From Polaromonas sp. (GTDB taxonomy: Bacteria; Pseudomonadota; Gammaproteobacteria; Burkholderiales; Burkholderiaceae_C), in the NCBI GenBank assembly GCA_031428975.1, contig JANOYR010000062.1, positions 11,368-75,367 of the forward strand: a DNA stretch of 64,000 nucleotides, written 5' to 3'. A program made the translations under genes and the position numbers. Below are positions 34,978-43,951 of the stretch, in pieces. Position 1 is the first letter of the stretch, and the number at the start of each line of letters is the position of its first letter. The notes under the pieces were generated by a model. The model saw only the letters and a list, made by a program, of their open reading frames with translations, was not told the origin of the DNA and did not search any database.

Positions 34978-35856
34978 CTATACTCCCAGCACTGGCTCAG
35001 CAACCACACGGTTTTCTATATGCCCTATTCCAGTTATTTCTGCACGTATCACATCCCCAATTTTTAAAAACTGTGGGGGCTTCATCGCTACGCCCACACC
35101 AGAAGGCGTGCCAGTGGCGATCAAATCACCTGGCTCTAGCGTGAATGCAGTGCTTAAATGTTCGATTTGCTGCCAAATGTTGTACACCATGCAGCTTGTA
35201 GACTCCGCTTGGCGTAATTGTCCATTTACCAGCAGCCGCATAGCTAAGCTGTGGGGATCTGGTACTTCGTCTGCTGTGACTATCCAAGGACCAATCGGAC
35301 CCGTGGTGTTGAACGACTTACCCATGGTCATAGTCGGTGAACGCATCTGCCAGTCACGCACAGTTACATCGTTAGCCACCATATATCCTGCCACTACGCT
35401 CGGTGCATCATCCGCTTTGACATGGCGGCAACGTTTTCCTATAACGACACACAGTTCTACTTCGTAATCAAGCTTGTTGGACGCTATAGGCAGATGCACA
35501 TCACCGTATGGCGAGTTGATACACGAAACCTGTTTGTTAAACCATACTTGTGTTTCTGGCACATTAATTCCAGCCGCTACTGCCTCAGCCACATGCTTTG
35601 CATAGTTCATGCCAATAGCCAAATACTTGGACGGATTGGGCACTGGTGCTAACAATTGCACATCGGCCAAAGGAATGGTGACGCTACTTGCTGCCACCAG
35701 AGCGCTGGTTCGCTGCATAGCCTGCGTACCAGACTGTAAAAGCGCCAGCATCGTATTTGGCAAACTTGCGTCCGATGCTGGCAAATCAATGACCTGTGAA
35801 GCAACTAATTTACCGATACTGACGCGGCCATGGTGTGAGAATGTACAAAGTTTCAT
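34978..35856 (-). CDS. Fumarylacetoacetate hydrolase (FAH)-family hydratase/decarboxylase/hydrolase
   Basis: 292-aa ORF. DYEVELCVVIGK..GKSFNTTGPIGPW..EPGDLIATGTPSGVG motifs. Confidence 0.85.
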   Translation of the reverse strand: MKLCTFSHHGRVSIGKLVASQVIDLPASDASLPNTMLALLQSGTQAMQRTSALVAASSVTIPLADVQLLAPVPNPSKYLAIGMNYAKHVAEAVAAGINVPETQVWFNKQVSCINSPYGDVHLPIASNKLDYEVELCVVIGKRCRHVKADDAPSVVAGYMVANDVTVRDWQMRSPTMTMGKSFNTTGPIGPWIVTADEVPDPHSLAMRLLVNGQLRQAESTSCMVYNIWQQIEHLSTAFTLEPGDLIATGTPSGVGVAMKPPQFLKIGDVIRAEITGIGHIENRVVAEPVLGV

Positions 35857-35862
35857 AGTGAT

Positions 35863-36807
35863 TTATTCAAAAAATTCAGGCGTAACTGGAGGAGCCCACT
35901 GCGAGAGGCCAGCAGGAGACAGCGGCATGTGGGTGCGAATATGATTTTGGTTGACCAAGTCTCCATCCGTCCAATGCTCAATTTTGTTGCCAAACGGGTC
36001 ACGCCAATAATCAAAGAGCTGGCTGCCCTGCACATGTCGGCCAACACCCCAACTGTGTTTCCAGCCCGTGGCTTTGAGGTGCGCATTACCAGTCATCAAA
36101 TCGTCTAGATCTGTCACCTCAAAAGCCACATGGTCAAAGCGTGGCGCCTCAATACCGCCAGGAGGCGAGCCAAACGCCAAGGTGTGGTGGTCAGTGAACG
36201 TATCCCCTAGTCCACAATGCAAAAAAGCGAATGTGGTGTGCGTAGGGTCTTCCATGTGGTACGAGTCAGATATTTCAAAACCTAGCACTTGGTGATAAAA
36301 ATCAAACATGGGTTGAAAATGTGGCACAAGTAAAACCAAATGCCCCAGACGCTGGATCTGCGATGGTGCTGTATTCACACGCAAGGAGGCACCTAAGCGC
36401 CGCCGAGAATCTGCGACATTGCACGCCAAAGATGGGCGACTTTCCAACAAAGGCAAGGTTTGCTGCCCATGAATTACCTCAACAGCAAAACCCGCCGGGT
36501 CACTGAAGCACACTTTCTCACCACCACCGGGTGCATCGCAAGTTTGTACTTTTTTTCCCAAATGACGCGCTAAGGTGTGCAAATCTTGCGCACTTTGGGC
36601 GCGCAAACCAAAGCCCAATGGGGCTGCCTGCGCAGTGCGCTGCGTAATATGTACATGGTGTGCACTGCCATGGGCTCGCATGTACAAATACTCTGCATTG
36701 CGTACGACGCAGCTCAGGCCAAAGTCTGTTAAAAATCGCTCCATCTGTTCTAAATCGGGTGCGCCATAACGTACATATGCAATATCTTGAATGGTGATGA
36801 CGGGCAT
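35863..36807 (-). CDS. Two-domain VOC-superfamily extradiol ring-cleavage dioxygenase
   Basis: 314-aa ORF. RLGHLVLLVP..FLHCG..DHHTLAF..FDHVAFEV..GVGRHVQGSQLFDYWRDPFGNKIEH fit type I extradiol dioxygenases. Confidence 0.8.
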   Translation of the reverse strand: MPVITIQDIAYVRYGAPDLEQMERFLTDFGLSCVVRNAEYLYMRAHGSAHHVHITQRTAQAAPLGFGLRAQSAQDLHTLARHLGKKVQTCDAPGGGEKVCFSDPAGFAVEVIHGQQTLPLLESRPSLACNVADSRRRLGASLRVNTAPSQIQRLGHLVLLVPHFQPMFDFYHQVLGFEISDSYHMEDPTHTTFAFLHCGLGDTFTDHHTLAFGSPPGGIEAPRFDHVAFEVTDLDDLMTGNAHLKATGWKHSWGVGRHVQGSQLFDYWRDPFGNKIEHWTDGDLVNQNHIRTHMPLSPAGLSQWAPPVTPEFFE

Positions 36808-38496
36808 TTATGAGCTCTCCAAACAGTAAGCGACACATTGTGCGAGAATTTTTTCAGCGTTGGCAACTGCACTACCGCGCCATGCAATGTGGTGGTCCGG
36901 GCGAATCAGCACGCAGTCTGCGCCATACAGCGCGTGAGCCGCTTCATTTTCAACGCGCAAGACCACAAGTGGCAAATTGCAATCAAGTGCGAAGGCACTC
37001 CACTGCGCAGTATCGGCATCTGTGAAACACAGCAGGGTAAAGTCACGACCAAATAAATCAAGCAAAGAACCGTTGATAGTCGCAACATGCGGCGCACGAG
37101 AGCCAGCGTAAGCGCTAGGAAAATAGGCATTGGGATCATCAGGAGGAGGATCAGCAATCTCTTTGGCTACGATGCGACTTACATAGCGCAGGCCAAGCTG
37201 TAATCCGGGAATATTGAATTCTTTGTCCCCATGGGTTAGTAGCGCTTGTTGCATCACCTTGCGTGCTGCTCCGCCTAACGAATCGCTAGCTTCCAAAGCC
37301 TCTGGCATCTGCATGCCCCCAATGCTTTGCGCCATACTTCGTGCAAAGCGTGTGTTTCGCACTGCAACTGGGTGGCGCTCAGCATGGTAGGTCTCTAGCA
37401 AAGTTGCGTCGCCCCAGCCTTGGCATATTGCAGCTAGCTTCCAGCCCAAATTCACAGTATCGTCAACGCTGGTGTTGTAGCCCATTCCACCAGTGGGCGT
37501 GAAAAGGTGCGCCGCGTCACCCGCAATCAGCAATCGACCATTTTTAAACTGCTGCGCAACCAGCATAAACCCCGCAGTCCAAGGACTTAGGCTGATAACT
37601 TCATACGCAAAAGGAGGATGCGATGTGCCCGCCAAATCCTGTAGCACAGCAGCGATATTGACTTCGCCTGGGCCCTGCCCAGGTTTGAGCTGAATTCCTA
37701 TAGCAAACTCATCTAGTCCATTTATCGCCACTAATACGCCACGCTGCTGCGCATTCATGATCCAAGTCATCCATGCTGGATTTTTGAGTGGGCCAGTAGT
37801 CAAGCGTTCATATAAATCTGGCGACCGGAAATGGATACTAAGCATTTGACCACCAAAAAATGCCTGCTGCTCTGCACTCGCACCTTCGTATTGCACACCC
37901 ATGGCTTTGCGCACTAGGCTGCGCGGGCCATCGCAGCCTACCAAGTATTTAGCATTGACTGATACCGTTTTTTGAGTGGCGAGCTCTTTTGCCTGTAGGC
38001 TAGCACTTTCCAAATTTTGATTGACTTCGTTTACTTGCCAACCATAGTGTGTGGACACGCATGGGTATTTCGCAACTTCTTCGCGTAGTATTTTTTCCAC
38101 CAGCATTTGTTGCACACGGTGCGGCAGTTCGGGCGTGGGCCAAGCAGCCTCCGTGTAGTCACCAAAACTCACTCCACTGGCCACATCAGCCCGTGAGGGG
38201 ATGCGAAAACGTGCAATTTCATGACCTAAAAGACGCGTGCAGTACAAGACATCTTGTGGATGATCCGGCGTGAGACCAGCTGCTCGCACGCGATGTGCAA
38301 AACCACGTCGTCGAAAATGCTCCATTGTGCGTGCAGATGTGGCATTGGCTTTAGGGGCAGTCGGCGCATCTAACCCCGCATCGAATAGCACGCAAGGAAC
38401 GCTTCTGCAACCGAGCTCTATTGCCAACATCAGGCCCGCAGGACCTGCGCCAACGATGGCAACTTGTGTATTTAAAACTGAAGCAGTGTTTTGCAT
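36808..38496 (-). CDS. FAD-dependent aromatic hydroxylase (PheA/TfdB/MhpA-type, with C-terminal thioredoxin-like domain)
   Basis: 562-aa ORF. VAIVGAGPAGLMLAIELG, CDGPRSLVR and IAGDAAHLFTPTGGMGYNTSVDD motifs. Confidence 0.85.
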   Translation of the reverse strand: MQNTASVLNTQVAIVGAGPAGLMLAIELGCRSVPCVLFDAGLDAPTAPKANATSARTMEHFRRRGFAHRVRAAGLTPDHPQDVLYCTRLLGHEIARFRIPSRADVASGVSFGDYTEAAWPTPELPHRVQQMLVEKILREEVAKYPCVSTHYGWQVNEVNQNLESASLQAKELATQKTVSVNAKYLVGCDGPRSLVRKAMGVQYEGASAEQQAFFGGQMLSIHFRSPDLYERLTTGPLKNPAWMTWIMNAQQRGVLVAINGLDEFAIGIQLKPGQGPGEVNIAAVLQDLAGTSHPPFAYEVISLSPWTAGFMLVAQQFKNGRLLIAGDAAHLFTPTGGMGYNTSVDDTVNLGWKLAAICQGWGDATLLETYHAERHPVAVRNTRFARSMAQSIGGMQMPEALEASDSLGGAARKVMQQALLTHGDKEFNIPGLQLGLRYVSRIVAKEIADPPPDDPNAYFPSAYAGSRAPHVATINGSLLDLFGRDFTLLCFTDADTAQWSAFALDCNLPLVVLRVENEAAHALYGADCVLIRPDHHIAWRGSAVANAEKILAQCVAYCLESS

Positions 38497-38590
38497 GTGC
38501 GGATGCTAAAACATATAAAGTGATATAAAAAGATGGCAGAATAGTTTTATTGATACTTTTTTGTATTCACTAAACGGACAATCACTTTTC

Positions 38591-39496
38591 ATGCATCCCA
38601 ACATCAAATTACACCATTTACGAGACTTTGTAGCGATTGCCCAGTACAGCAGCGTGCGTGGGGCAGCGCGGGCTTTGGGCATGGCACAACCAGCCATGAC
38701 GCGTAGTTTGCGAGAACTGGAGAAAGAGCTGCAAACACCACTGGTAGAGCGCCACGCGAAGGGTGTCATTCTTACTGAAGCGGGCAACAGGCTTCTGGTG
38801 CGAGCGCAGGGCGTGATGCAGGAGGTACGCCGTGCCGGTGAGGAAATCAGGCAATTAGGTGGATCGGGCGCAGGCACTGTGAGTGTCGGTTTATCCAGCG
38901 CAGCTATGTTAGGCTTATTGCCGCAAGCACTAGCGGCATTTCGTGCCCATTTTCCACTTGCAAAACTGCGCATTGTGGAGGGTGTGTACCCCACCATTGA
39001 ATCACGTCTACTCAATGGGCAACTGGATTTTTTTGTAGGCCCTTCGCCCGAACGGCGCGACAAATCGTTGAGCCAAGAGCTGATATTCACCAATGAACGC
39101 GTGGTGGTCGGACGTAAAGGTCACCCATTGCATGCAGCTAACAGTCTTGCGCAACTCACGCAAGTAGATTGGGTACTCACTGGCTTGCGTGAAAGAGAAG
39201 CACAAGAATATGAGGAGCTATTTGCTACCTATGATTTGCCTGCACCTAAAACCAGTATGCGCATCGAATCTACATTGGGACTTTTAAGTGTATTGGCATC
39301 CACAGATGCTTTAGTGCTCCTGCCAAGGCAATGGACGGACAGCTCAATGTTTAAAGCCCTGCTGATCGCCATCCCTGTACAAGAAAAGCTGCTGGCACCT
39401 GATATTGTGTTGATCTACCGAGCCAGCGTACCGTTGACACCTGTAGCAGAGAAATTGGCAACTTTACTGCAGCGTCAGGCGGGAACTCAATCTTAA
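38591..39496 (+). CDS. LysR-family transcriptional regulator
   Basis: ATG at 38591, giving the canonical MHPNIKLHHLRDFVAIAQYSSVRGAARALGMAQPAMTRSLRELE HTH. It is divergent from the hydroxylase operon. Confidence 0.88.
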   Translation: MHPNIKLHHLRDFVAIAQYSSVRGAARALGMAQPAMTRSLRELEKELQTPLVERHAKGVILTEAGNRLLVRAQGVMQEVRRAGEEIRQLGGSGAGTVSVGLSSAAMLGLLPQALAAFRAHFPLAKLRIVEGVYPTIESRLLNGQLDFFVGPSPERRDKSLSQELIFTNERVVVGRKGHPLHAANSLAQLTQVDWVLTGLREREAQEYEELFATYDLPAPKTSMRIESTLGLLSVLASTDALVLLPRQWTDSSMFKALLIAIPVQEKLLAPDIVLIYRASVPLTPVAEKLATLLQRQAGTQS

Positions 39497-39605
39497 CCAG
39501 TATTTACGTATGGCGGATTCAAGTACGAAGTGCGCAAAATGTAAACAGGTAGGCTCCAAAGGAATAGGATGCTCTCTTTTTTGACCAGCCAGTCTGAAAG
39601 CGCAC

Positions 39606-39782
39606 ATGACCTACAACCAATTGAGTCCAAATGAACGATATCAAATTTCTGCCCTGTTAACCGCAGGATGCAGCAAAACCGCCACTTCCCAACAACTCAA
39701 ACGCCACCGCAGCACCATTGATCGAAAGATCGCCCGCACTGGGGATGCCCAGTCTACGAACCCGAAGCTGCCCACGAGCGTT
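39606..39782 (+). mobile_element. IS30-family transposase gene stump (N-terminal HTH only, frameshifted and truncated)
   Basis: MTYNQLSPNERYQISALLTAGCSKTATSQQLKRHRSTIDRKIAR fits the IS30 N-terminal pattern (L..ERYQI..L...G.S...IA..L.RH.STI.REI.RN). A -1 shift near 39738 restores ..WGCPVYEPEAAHER, similar to the ..GYRPKQAH.. continuation. No catalytic DDE region follows. Confidence 0.7.
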
Positions 39783-39823
39783 GGACTCAGGTGATCAAGA
39801 CGGCTGGGAGTAAGGCGCAGTAG
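39776..39823 (+). pseudogene. 48-nt direct repeat, right copy: orphan 3-prime remnant of a Bug-family gene
   Basis: gagcgttggactcaggtgatcaagacggctgggagtaaggcgcagtag, 44/48 identical to 25681-25728. It would encode ERWTQVIKTAGSKAQ-stop, versus ERWTQVIKTAGIKAQ-stop in the intact gene. Confidence 0.85.
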
Positions 39824-39845
39824 GGTCTCTTGGTTGACATTTTGT

Positions 39846-41612
39846 TCAGCGTTTACCTATTTCGGAAGCTGGAAACACCCTTCCGCCCAGCACGGTGCCC
39901 CAAACTGGTATGTCCCGAATCGCGGCAGGCTTGACATCATGCGGATCTTGTTCTAACACAGTAAAGTCAGCCAGTTTGCCTGGCTCAATGCTGCCGACCT
40001 TATTGTCTAGGCCCAGCACGTACGCTGCATCAATGGTGATCATGCGCAGGGCTTGCTGCAAGTCTATGCGTTCGCCTGTTCCCAGCGTTTTAGCACCCGA
40101 CTGCCCCACGCGCGTCATGCCCAAAGTCACCCCCAACAAAGGCTTTGGAGGTGCTACTGGGTAATCTGAATGGAAAGTGGTTGGCACGCCCTCGCGAACC
40201 AAGCTGCCTACGGGGGACAGGTTTTCAGCGCGGTCTTTGCCCACAAGGTTGGGATACATCTCGCCTCGCAACCATACGTAGTACAGATTCACATTAGCAC
40301 TAGCACCCAGAGCCTTCATTGCACGGATCTGGTCGTAGCGGGCCATGCCTACATGCTCAAATGTGAAGCGGTGGTCGGTGCGCGGTGTCTTAGCCAATAA
40401 CTTGCGCAGTGTGCCAATCGTCACGTCTTGTGCTTCTACGCCGATGGAGTGCACAAATATTTGCTGCCCATCTTTCCACCAAGGCTCGATCAACGCTTCG
40501 AGCTTATCCGGTTGCGTAATCCATAGGCCAGCACTGCCATCGACATAACCCGGACCGCCCGGTTTAAAGGTCAGACCGTTGAAGCTGTCGTCTGTAAAAA
40601 ACTTGATCCCACGGTACATCAGGCGGTCGGTGCTTTTAGCCTGTAGGGCTCGCACAGCATCGAGAGCTTTTTCGGGCGTGCCGTACTTCGCCAAAAAGCT
40701 ATGCATGGCCGGAATGGCCATCAGGCGTTGTGGTGTCTCGGGGTTGTTGAACATTGCGTTGAGCAGCCCCGCCTCAGCATCAATGCTGAAGATACCCATA
40801 GAGTGGTCGGTCGTGGTGGTAATGCCATTGCGGCGATTCAGGTCGATCAGCCAGCGCATCAAGCGTGAGGCTTCCGCCGGCGCTAGTTTGCTGGCCAGTA
40901 GCGGCAAAATGACATAACTTGCAGCGGGCACACCCAAGAACTGGCCGTTAAGCTCGCCTTTGTCGTCACGGCCCACGCCACTGATTTTGAGGTCGGATGG
41001 AATTTTGCGCATGGCAATCAGTGCACTGTTCACATAGCCATGGTGTTGGGAGGCATCCCACACCAGTACTGGTCGGATGGCAGAGATTTTGTCCAGATCT
41101 TGGCGCGTCAAATGACGCCCCATGGCGGGAACATCCCAACCCCAGATCAGGATGGGCGTGGCTGGATCTTTCATTTCGGATTCAAAGCGACGCATACGCT
41201 CAAAAGCCTCAGCCTCGCTTTTCACACCCTTGATGTCCGGCCCATAAGCTTGCGGGGTGTCAAGTGCGGCAATAGCTGGCAGATTTGCAGTAATAGCGCC
41301 CAGCAGCGGGTGAGAATGCGCCTCAATAAAGCCCGGAAACACCGTTTTATCGGCAAAACGTGTATCCACCGTAGTTGGAATCTTGCGCGTCCAAGGTAAG
41401 AGGTCATCCAACGAATCTCCCAGCGAGACAATACGGTCACCGCAAACAGCTACGGCGCGGGCTTGCGGGTGGCCAGGGTTCATGGTGTAGAACTTCTTAG
41501 CGGTAAAAACTGTGAGTTTGGCGCACGCTGGCGCCGCTTCTTCATGAGCTTGCGCACTCAGTGCTGTAAAAGCTAGCAGTGCGCAGGCGATAGGTTTGAG
41601 GTGGAATTTCAT
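39846..41612 (-). CDS. Secreted metal-dependent amidohydrolase (Amidohydro_3 / YtcJ-like)
   Basis: ATG at 41612 gives signal peptide MKFHLKPIACALLAFTALSAQA; the ORF-track start at 41657 is a TTG. GFIEAHSHP metal-binding motif, and C-terminal GSIEPGKLADF typical of the family. Confidence 0.8.
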   Translation of the reverse strand: MKFHLKPIACALLAFTALSAQAHEEAAPACAKLTVFTAKKFYTMNPGHPQARAVAVCGDRIVSLGDSLDDLLPWTRKIPTTVDTRFADKTVFPGFIEAHSHPLLGAITANLPAIAALDTPQAYGPDIKGVKSEAEAFERMRRFESEMKDPATPILIWGWDVPAMGRHLTRQDLDKISAIRPVLVWDASQHHGYVNSALIAMRKIPSDLKISGVGRDDKGELNGQFLGVPAASYVILPLLASKLAPAEASRLMRWLIDLNRRNGITTTTDHSMGIFSIDAEAGLLNAMFNNPETPQRLMAIPAMHSFLAKYGTPEKALDAVRALQAKSTDRLMYRGIKFFTDDSFNGLTFKPGGPGYVDGSAGLWITQPDKLEALIEPWWKDGQQIFVHSIGVEAQDVTIGTLRKLLAKTPRTDHRFTFEHVGMARYDQIRAMKALGASANVNLYYVWLRGEMYPNLVGKDRAENLSPVGSLVREGVPTTFHSDYPVAPPKPLLGVTLGMTRVGQSGAKTLGTGERIDLQQALRMITIDAAYVLGLDNKVGSIEPGKLADFTVLEQDPHDVKPAAIRDIPVWGTVLGGRVFPASEIGKR

Positions 41613-41697
41613 AAGCTGGGTCTCGGGTAGTTGTGCATTGAAGTTTCGCGCCTTCAAATGACAGCGTCCAATGCATTATTAGGTTACCATTTATGCA

Positions 41698-42642
41698 ATG
41701 AATACATCAATTGACCTCAAACGACTGAACCATTTGGTTTTATTGGCCGAAGAACTGAACTTCTCGCGTGCCGCTGAACGTGCTTTTTTGTCACAAACTG
41801 CCTTCAGCCGCAGCATCCAGACCTTGGAGTCTGAATTTGGCATGCGCTTGTTTGACCGAGGTACCCGCTCCGTACAGCCCACCACCGTTGGGTTGCATTT
41901 AATTGCGCGGGCAAGAGAGCTGTTGACACGCGCCCGCGACCTAGCGCAAGAGGTGGATTATCTGGCCCACGCAGAGGGTGGTGTCTTGAGTTTTGGCGCG
42001 AGTTTGTTCGCCGTAGACAGCGTATTGCCTGGCGTGCTGCACCAGCTCATGCAAGGCCGACCCGGGTTGCGACTCAATGTGGAGGTAAGCCAGTGGGAGA
42101 TTTTGCAGCAGCATCTGGAAAATGAGCACATTGAATTCTTCATCGCTTATGCAAGCCACTTGGCACAAAATCCCAGTTTTACGGTTATCCCTTTAGCGCC
42201 ACAACCCGCGTCTGTGTACTGCCGCGCTGAGCATCCAATACTCGCAACCCCCGGTCAGGGCCCTCACCCAGCCGATGTGCCCCACTATCCATGGGCAGCA
42301 GTGCAAATGGACAAGGCCATTGAACTTCAGTTGAAGACTTTGTTCAGTATGGCGGCACACCAAGAGTTGCCGCTGACTCTCCGATGTGACAACCAAGCTT
42401 TGTTGCGCGAAGCCACCTTGACCAGCGATACACTGCTGTTTACTTGGTGCAGCTGGCTCAGAGCAGATCTTGAAAGCGGTGTGTTGGTGGATTTAGGTCA
42501 ACGGCTTCGCCCCAAGCTCCCAGCTCAAGCCCGGCAGCTTGGTTGTGCCATCGTGCATTTGGCAGGTCGCACGCTATCACCAATTGCACAGCGAATGATC
42601 CATTTGGTTTTGCAAAGCAACCCAATGCTCTCACAGCGTTAG
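41698..42642 (+). CDS. LysR-family transcriptional regulator
   Basis: 314-aa ORF. LKRLNHLVLLAEELNFSRAAERAFLSQTAFSRSIQTLE HTH. Confidence 0.88.
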   Translation: MNTSIDLKRLNHLVLLAEELNFSRAAERAFLSQTAFSRSIQTLESEFGMRLFDRGTRSVQPTTVGLHLIARARELLTRARDLAQEVDYLAHAEGGVLSFGASLFAVDSVLPGVLHQLMQGRPGLRLNVEVSQWEILQQHLENEHIEFFIAYASHLAQNPSFTVIPLAPQPASVYCRAEHPILATPGQGPHPADVPHYPWAAVQMDKAIELQLKTLFSMAAHQELPLTLRCDNQALLREATLTSDTLLFTWCSWLRADLESGVLVDLGQRLRPKLPAQARQLGCAIVHLAGRTLSPIAQRMIHLVLQSNPMLSQR

Positions 42643-42682
42643 TTTCCCTTTACTTGACGAATGAAAAATACAGCGCCCGCCA

Positions 42683-43942
42683 CTAATTCGTCGGCTGGGG
42701 CACCGCGTCCAACGCAAACCCCGCCACCTGCTTGTAGCCCTCTGACATAGCACGTAGCTCGGCTTGGCTGATTAAATCGTCGATATGCCGAAACGGCTTG
42801 TCGCCGGAGAGCTCGTCTACTTTAATGTTGATGAAGTCTGGCGGTGTGCTGCGGTTGGTTTGCACAATGCGGGAGGTCACTTCGCGCCGCGCTTGCTCGT
42901 AGCTGTGCAGGGCATCCAATGGGTCTGGCTGGGTGGCGAGCTCTTGTGCAAGGGTGCGGGCATCAATCAAAGCCTGCGCTGAGCCATTTGAGCCGCGTGG
43001 GTACATGGGGTGGGCGGCGTCGCCCATCAGGGTAATACGGCCAAACGTCCATTGGGCGATCGGGTCTTTGTCCACCATGGGGTATTGCAAAATTTGATCG
43101 GCATTGCGAATCAGCGCAGGCACATCGAGCCAGTCAAACTGCCAATCTTTGAAGATGCCAATGAAGTCCTCCACCTTGCCGCCGGTGTTCCAGTCGTTCA
43201 TGTCGCTGTTGCTGCCTTCAATCTCGGCCATCCAATTGACCAGCTGCATGCCATGGCCGTCGATATTGTCCACAATCGGGTAGATCACCATCTTGCCTGT
43301 TTTGATGGAGCCCACACGCATATAGCTTTTGCCAGTGAGTATGGGCTTGTGCCGCGTCACACCGCGCCAAGTGTTGATGCCTGCAAAAGCCAGTTTTTCT
43401 TGTGGGTAATAGTGTTTGCGAATGGCCGAATGGATGCCGTCGCAGGCAATCACAATATCGGCCTGCACACTGGGCAGAGCCGCTGCGTCGCTGCCTTGCT
43501 CAAAATGCACGGTGGCAGCAAAGGCGGTTTGCTCCACGCCCACGCAGCGGTGGTTGGTGTGGACACGGTGAGCGCCCAAGCGGGCCACGGCTGCGTCAAA
43601 GAGTATTTTGTGCAGCTTGCCGCGGTGAATGCCCACCTCGGGCATGGGGTAGCCCGCATGGCGGCCGCGCGGCTCGCTGTAAATACGTTGGCCAAAGCGG
43701 TTAAAAAACACGCTTTCTAAGTTTTCAATGCCCGCTGCTTCTAGCTCTGCCTGCAAGCCCAGCGCTGCCAGCTCGCGCATGCCATGGGGCAAAAGCGTAA
43801 TGCCCACGCCCAGCTCGCGCACTTGGGGCACGCTTTCATAGACATCGCAGGCCATGCCCAGCTGGTGCAAATGCAGGGCAAAGCCCAAGCCTGCAATGCC
43901 GCCGCCTACGACCGCAATTGTCAAATCTTTCTTTGCAGCCAT
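42683..43942 (-). CDS. FAD-dependent monooxygenase (class A flavoprotein hydroxylase, PhzS / 3-hydroxybenzoate-6-hydroxylase-like)
   Basis: 419-aa ORF. IAVVGGGIAGLGFAL, ACDGIHSAIR and LMGDAAHPMYPRGSNGSAQALIDA motifs. Confidence 0.82.
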   Translation of the reverse strand: MAAKKDLTIAVVGGGIAGLGFALHLHQLGMACDVYESVPQVRELGVGITLLPHGMRELAALGLQAELEAAGIENLESVFFNRFGQRIYSEPRGRHAGYPMPEVGIHRGKLHKILFDAAVARLGAHRVHTNHRCVGVEQTAFAATVHFEQGSDAAALPSVQADIVIACDGIHSAIRKHYYPQEKLAFAGINTWRGVTRHKPILTGKSYMRVGSIKTGKMVIYPIVDNIDGHGMQLVNWMAEIEGSNSDMNDWNTGGKVEDFIGIFKDWQFDWLDVPALIRNADQILQYPMVDKDPIAQWTFGRITLMGDAAHPMYPRGSNGSAQALIDARTLAQELATQPDPLDALHSYEQARREVTSRIVQTNRSTPPDFINIKVDELSGDKPFRHIDDLISQAELRAMSEGYKQVAGFALDAVPQPTN

Positions 43943-43951
43943 TGCTTGTGT

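Noticed and set aside
35322-35340. An 11-nt match (ATGGTCATAGT) to the repeat inside the FAH gene, and a 10-nt match (ACGGTGACAT) inside the livH-like gene near 2958-2972.
   Set aside because: Only a short piece of the unit matches, and the flanking bases do not follow the consensus. I treat them as chance or uninterpretable fragments rather than copies.
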